64,000 bases of DNA from positions 544,001 to 608,000 of the forward strand of contig CAWGMQ010000011.1 of the NCBI GenBank assembly GCA_963823665.1. Direction: 5' to 3'. Source of the DNA: an uncultured Planctomycetota bacterium (lineage in GTDB: Bacteria; Planctomycetota; Planctomycetia; Isosphaerales; Isosphaeraceae). The stretch's first letter is position 1; each line of letters opens with the position of its first letter. Below the pieces are notes generated by a model. It saw nothing but the letters and a program-made list of their open reading frames with translations, was not told where the DNA came from and made no database searches. The translations under genes were made by a program, and so were the position numbers. This document shows positions 62,365 to 64,000 of the stretch, one piece after another.

Positions 62365-64000
62365 CTAGCGGATCCAATGCATTCGCTCGTAATAAGGGCG
62401 GAAGAGAATACGGGTATCGTGGTTGATTCGGATGTCGGGTCCGAACGGCATGCCATGCGGCCAGTAAACGTAAAACGCCTTGCCGGTGACGAGCTGCCGC
62501 GGAACCTCCCAGTACTTTCGGTCAGACGGATCCCACGCGGTATCGTCGGTTCCCCACCCACGGCTATCCTTGCTGCGGGGACTGTTGTCTCCCATCATGA
62601 AGAATCGGTCAGGACCGATCTCGTACTCCGATGATCTTACGTTCGCCAGGCTGGGAAAGCGCGAAGAATCCGACAGGAAGTCAAGCAGGTCGGCGGGGGT
62701 GCGCGGATAATTCTGGTCCCAGACCAAGCCGTAGTCGACCCGTCCAGGGTACTGGGTATAGTAGATATCCCGTTTCAGGACAAGGTCGCTCGCGACCACC
62801 TCGGCATTTCGCGCCGAGATGGCGGCCGGGGCCAGATCAGCCTCGGTGGGAATCGGGATCGGCGCCACCGATTCGTACTCGATGCCATTGCCGTCACAGG
62901 GTTTACCGTCGACCACCAAGCTCATTCGGTCGTCGACGTTGGCGAATTCGAGGTGATGCCGCCCCGTGCCCTTGATGGTTGTCTGCCAGCGGCCCAGCTC
63001 CTCTTCGTTGCGGGAGACGACCGCCGTACCCGTGGCGAGGTCGATCGTGCAGAGGTGGGGAATTCCTCCCTTCACGAGCTCAAGCCGCACTGCGGCGCCC
63101 GGGCCGGCAGCACTGACCTCGATGTCGGCCTCCAGCGTCAAATCACCAACCCAGTGCGGTTGCATCCATGCGTTATCGATTTGACTTTCGTCGGGCAGAC
63201 GATTCCGAACGGCCATCATGTTGGTGTTGTAGGAGTAAAAGTCCGTGATCAGCGCCGCACGCGGGCCGCGTGGTGGCGGCTGGCTATTGAGCACCGCGTC
63301 CCAATCTTCAGGACCCGGCACGAGATTGCGGTAACGCAACTCGGCCCACTGTTCGCTCGCTTGCTTGGTCTGATAGCGGCTGACACCGAACTGCTCGATC
63401 AACCAGCCGCCGTCAGGGCTCGTCCAGCGCTGCCATTCCGGCTTCGTCTGGAACGCCCGCGGCTGGTGCCGATCGTCATACACGGCGATTTGCATGGCGG
63501 CCTGGTGCCGCAAAGGCTTGCGGGCCAAGGCGTAGCCCTCTCCGCCGGGCGATTTGATAAAGATGTCCCCGTGGAAAATGCGAACCGTCTCTCCCGGCAG
63601 GCCCACCAGGCGTTTGATGTAGCTTACCTCGGGATCCTCCGGATAGCGGAAGACGACGACGTCCCAGCGCTCGGGCGGAGTACTTCCCGGCAAAGAGGGC
63701 AGGTCATAGGGAAACATCATCACGAGGATCCGATCGCCCTTGAAGCTGGGCAAGGCTTCGACCTTCGCCTGGAAGCGGCAGTTGCTGCAAAGGCCGGAGT
63801 ACAAGCGCAAGTCCCGGTTTGCCGTTCGCGGCTCGACTTCTTCCGACGCGTTCAAGGCGAAGACGAAGTCGCACTGGGGGCAGGCAAGCTCCTTGTGCCG
63901 GCCCATCAGCGTGGGGGCCATCGAGCCCGTGGGAATGACGAACGCCTGGGCCTCAAAGCCCCGCACGACCAGGGCGAGAATGAAGGCGACCACGATGGCC
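62365..64000 (-). CDS. lepB: Signal peptidase I, long form (5' end outside the window)
   Basis: FVIPTGSMAPTL, YIKRLVGLPGE, MMGDNSPRSKDSR. Confidence 0.92.
   Translation of the reverse strand, partial: AIVVAFILALVVRGFEAQAFVIPTGSMAPTLMGRHKELACPQCDFVFALNASEEVEPRTANRDLRLYSGLCSNCRFQAKVEALPSFKGDRILVMMFPYDLPSLPGSTPPERWDVVVFRYPEDPEVSYIKRLVGLPGETVRIFHGDIFIKSPGGEGYALARKPLRHQAAMQIAVYDDRHQPRAFQTKPEWQRWTSPDGGWLIEQFGVSRYQTKQASEQWAELRYRNLVPGPEDWDAVLNSQPPPRGPRAALITDFYSYNTNMMAVRNRLPDESQIDNAWMQPHWVGDLTLEADIEVSAAGPGAAVRLELVKGGIPHLCTIDLATGTAVVSRNEEELGRWQTTIKGTGRHHLEFANVDDRMSLVVDGKPCDGNGIEYESVAPIPIPTEADLAPAAISARNAEVVASDLVLKRDIYYTQYPGRVDYGLVWDQNYPRTPADLLDFLSDSSRFPSLANVRSSEYEIGPDRFFMMGDNSPRSKDSRGWGTDDTAWDPSDRKYWEVPRQLVTGKAFYVYWPHGMPFGPDIRINHDTRILFRPYYERMHWIR

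Noticed and set aside
1..64000. tRNA or rRNA genes, IS transposases, phage genes
   Set aside because: None recognised by eye; tRNAscan and HMM searches were not run.

Overview
This is a GC-rich bacterial window, most likely from a planctomycete (inferred from a LEPR-XLL-type motif, LRR/TPR/Ser-Thr kinase expansions and an ECF sigma factor beside kinases). The region from about 7.3 to 36.4 kb is accessory. About ten copies of a ~150-bp imperfect hairpin repeat (GGGATTCCAGACACCCATCC...GGTGGGTGTCTGACATCCC) separate unrelated 0.5-4.6 kb cargo segments. The cargo includes toxin-antitoxin pairs, secreted enzymes, an L19 fusion next to an MBL-fold hydrolase, and several genes cut off exactly at repeat ends. 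Six repeats carry a group II intron at the same nucleotide (GGGTGTCT^G), always on the + strand. Five are 732-733 nt ORF-less copies. One encodes an RT and is itself interrupted in domain VI by a second, HNH-containing group II intron (a twintron). Candidate EBS1/IBS1 pairings are visible for both introns. I found no recombinase or transposase for the hairpin repeat in the window. The 36.7-64 kb region is more ordinary: tricorn-like protease, rsmE, an ECF sigma factor with two tandem kinase-TPR genes, TPR proteins, a GT9 glycosyltransferase, lptB and lepB. Many frameshifts, several in homopolymers, may be sequencing errors. All assignments come from motif recognition by eye; no searches were run.
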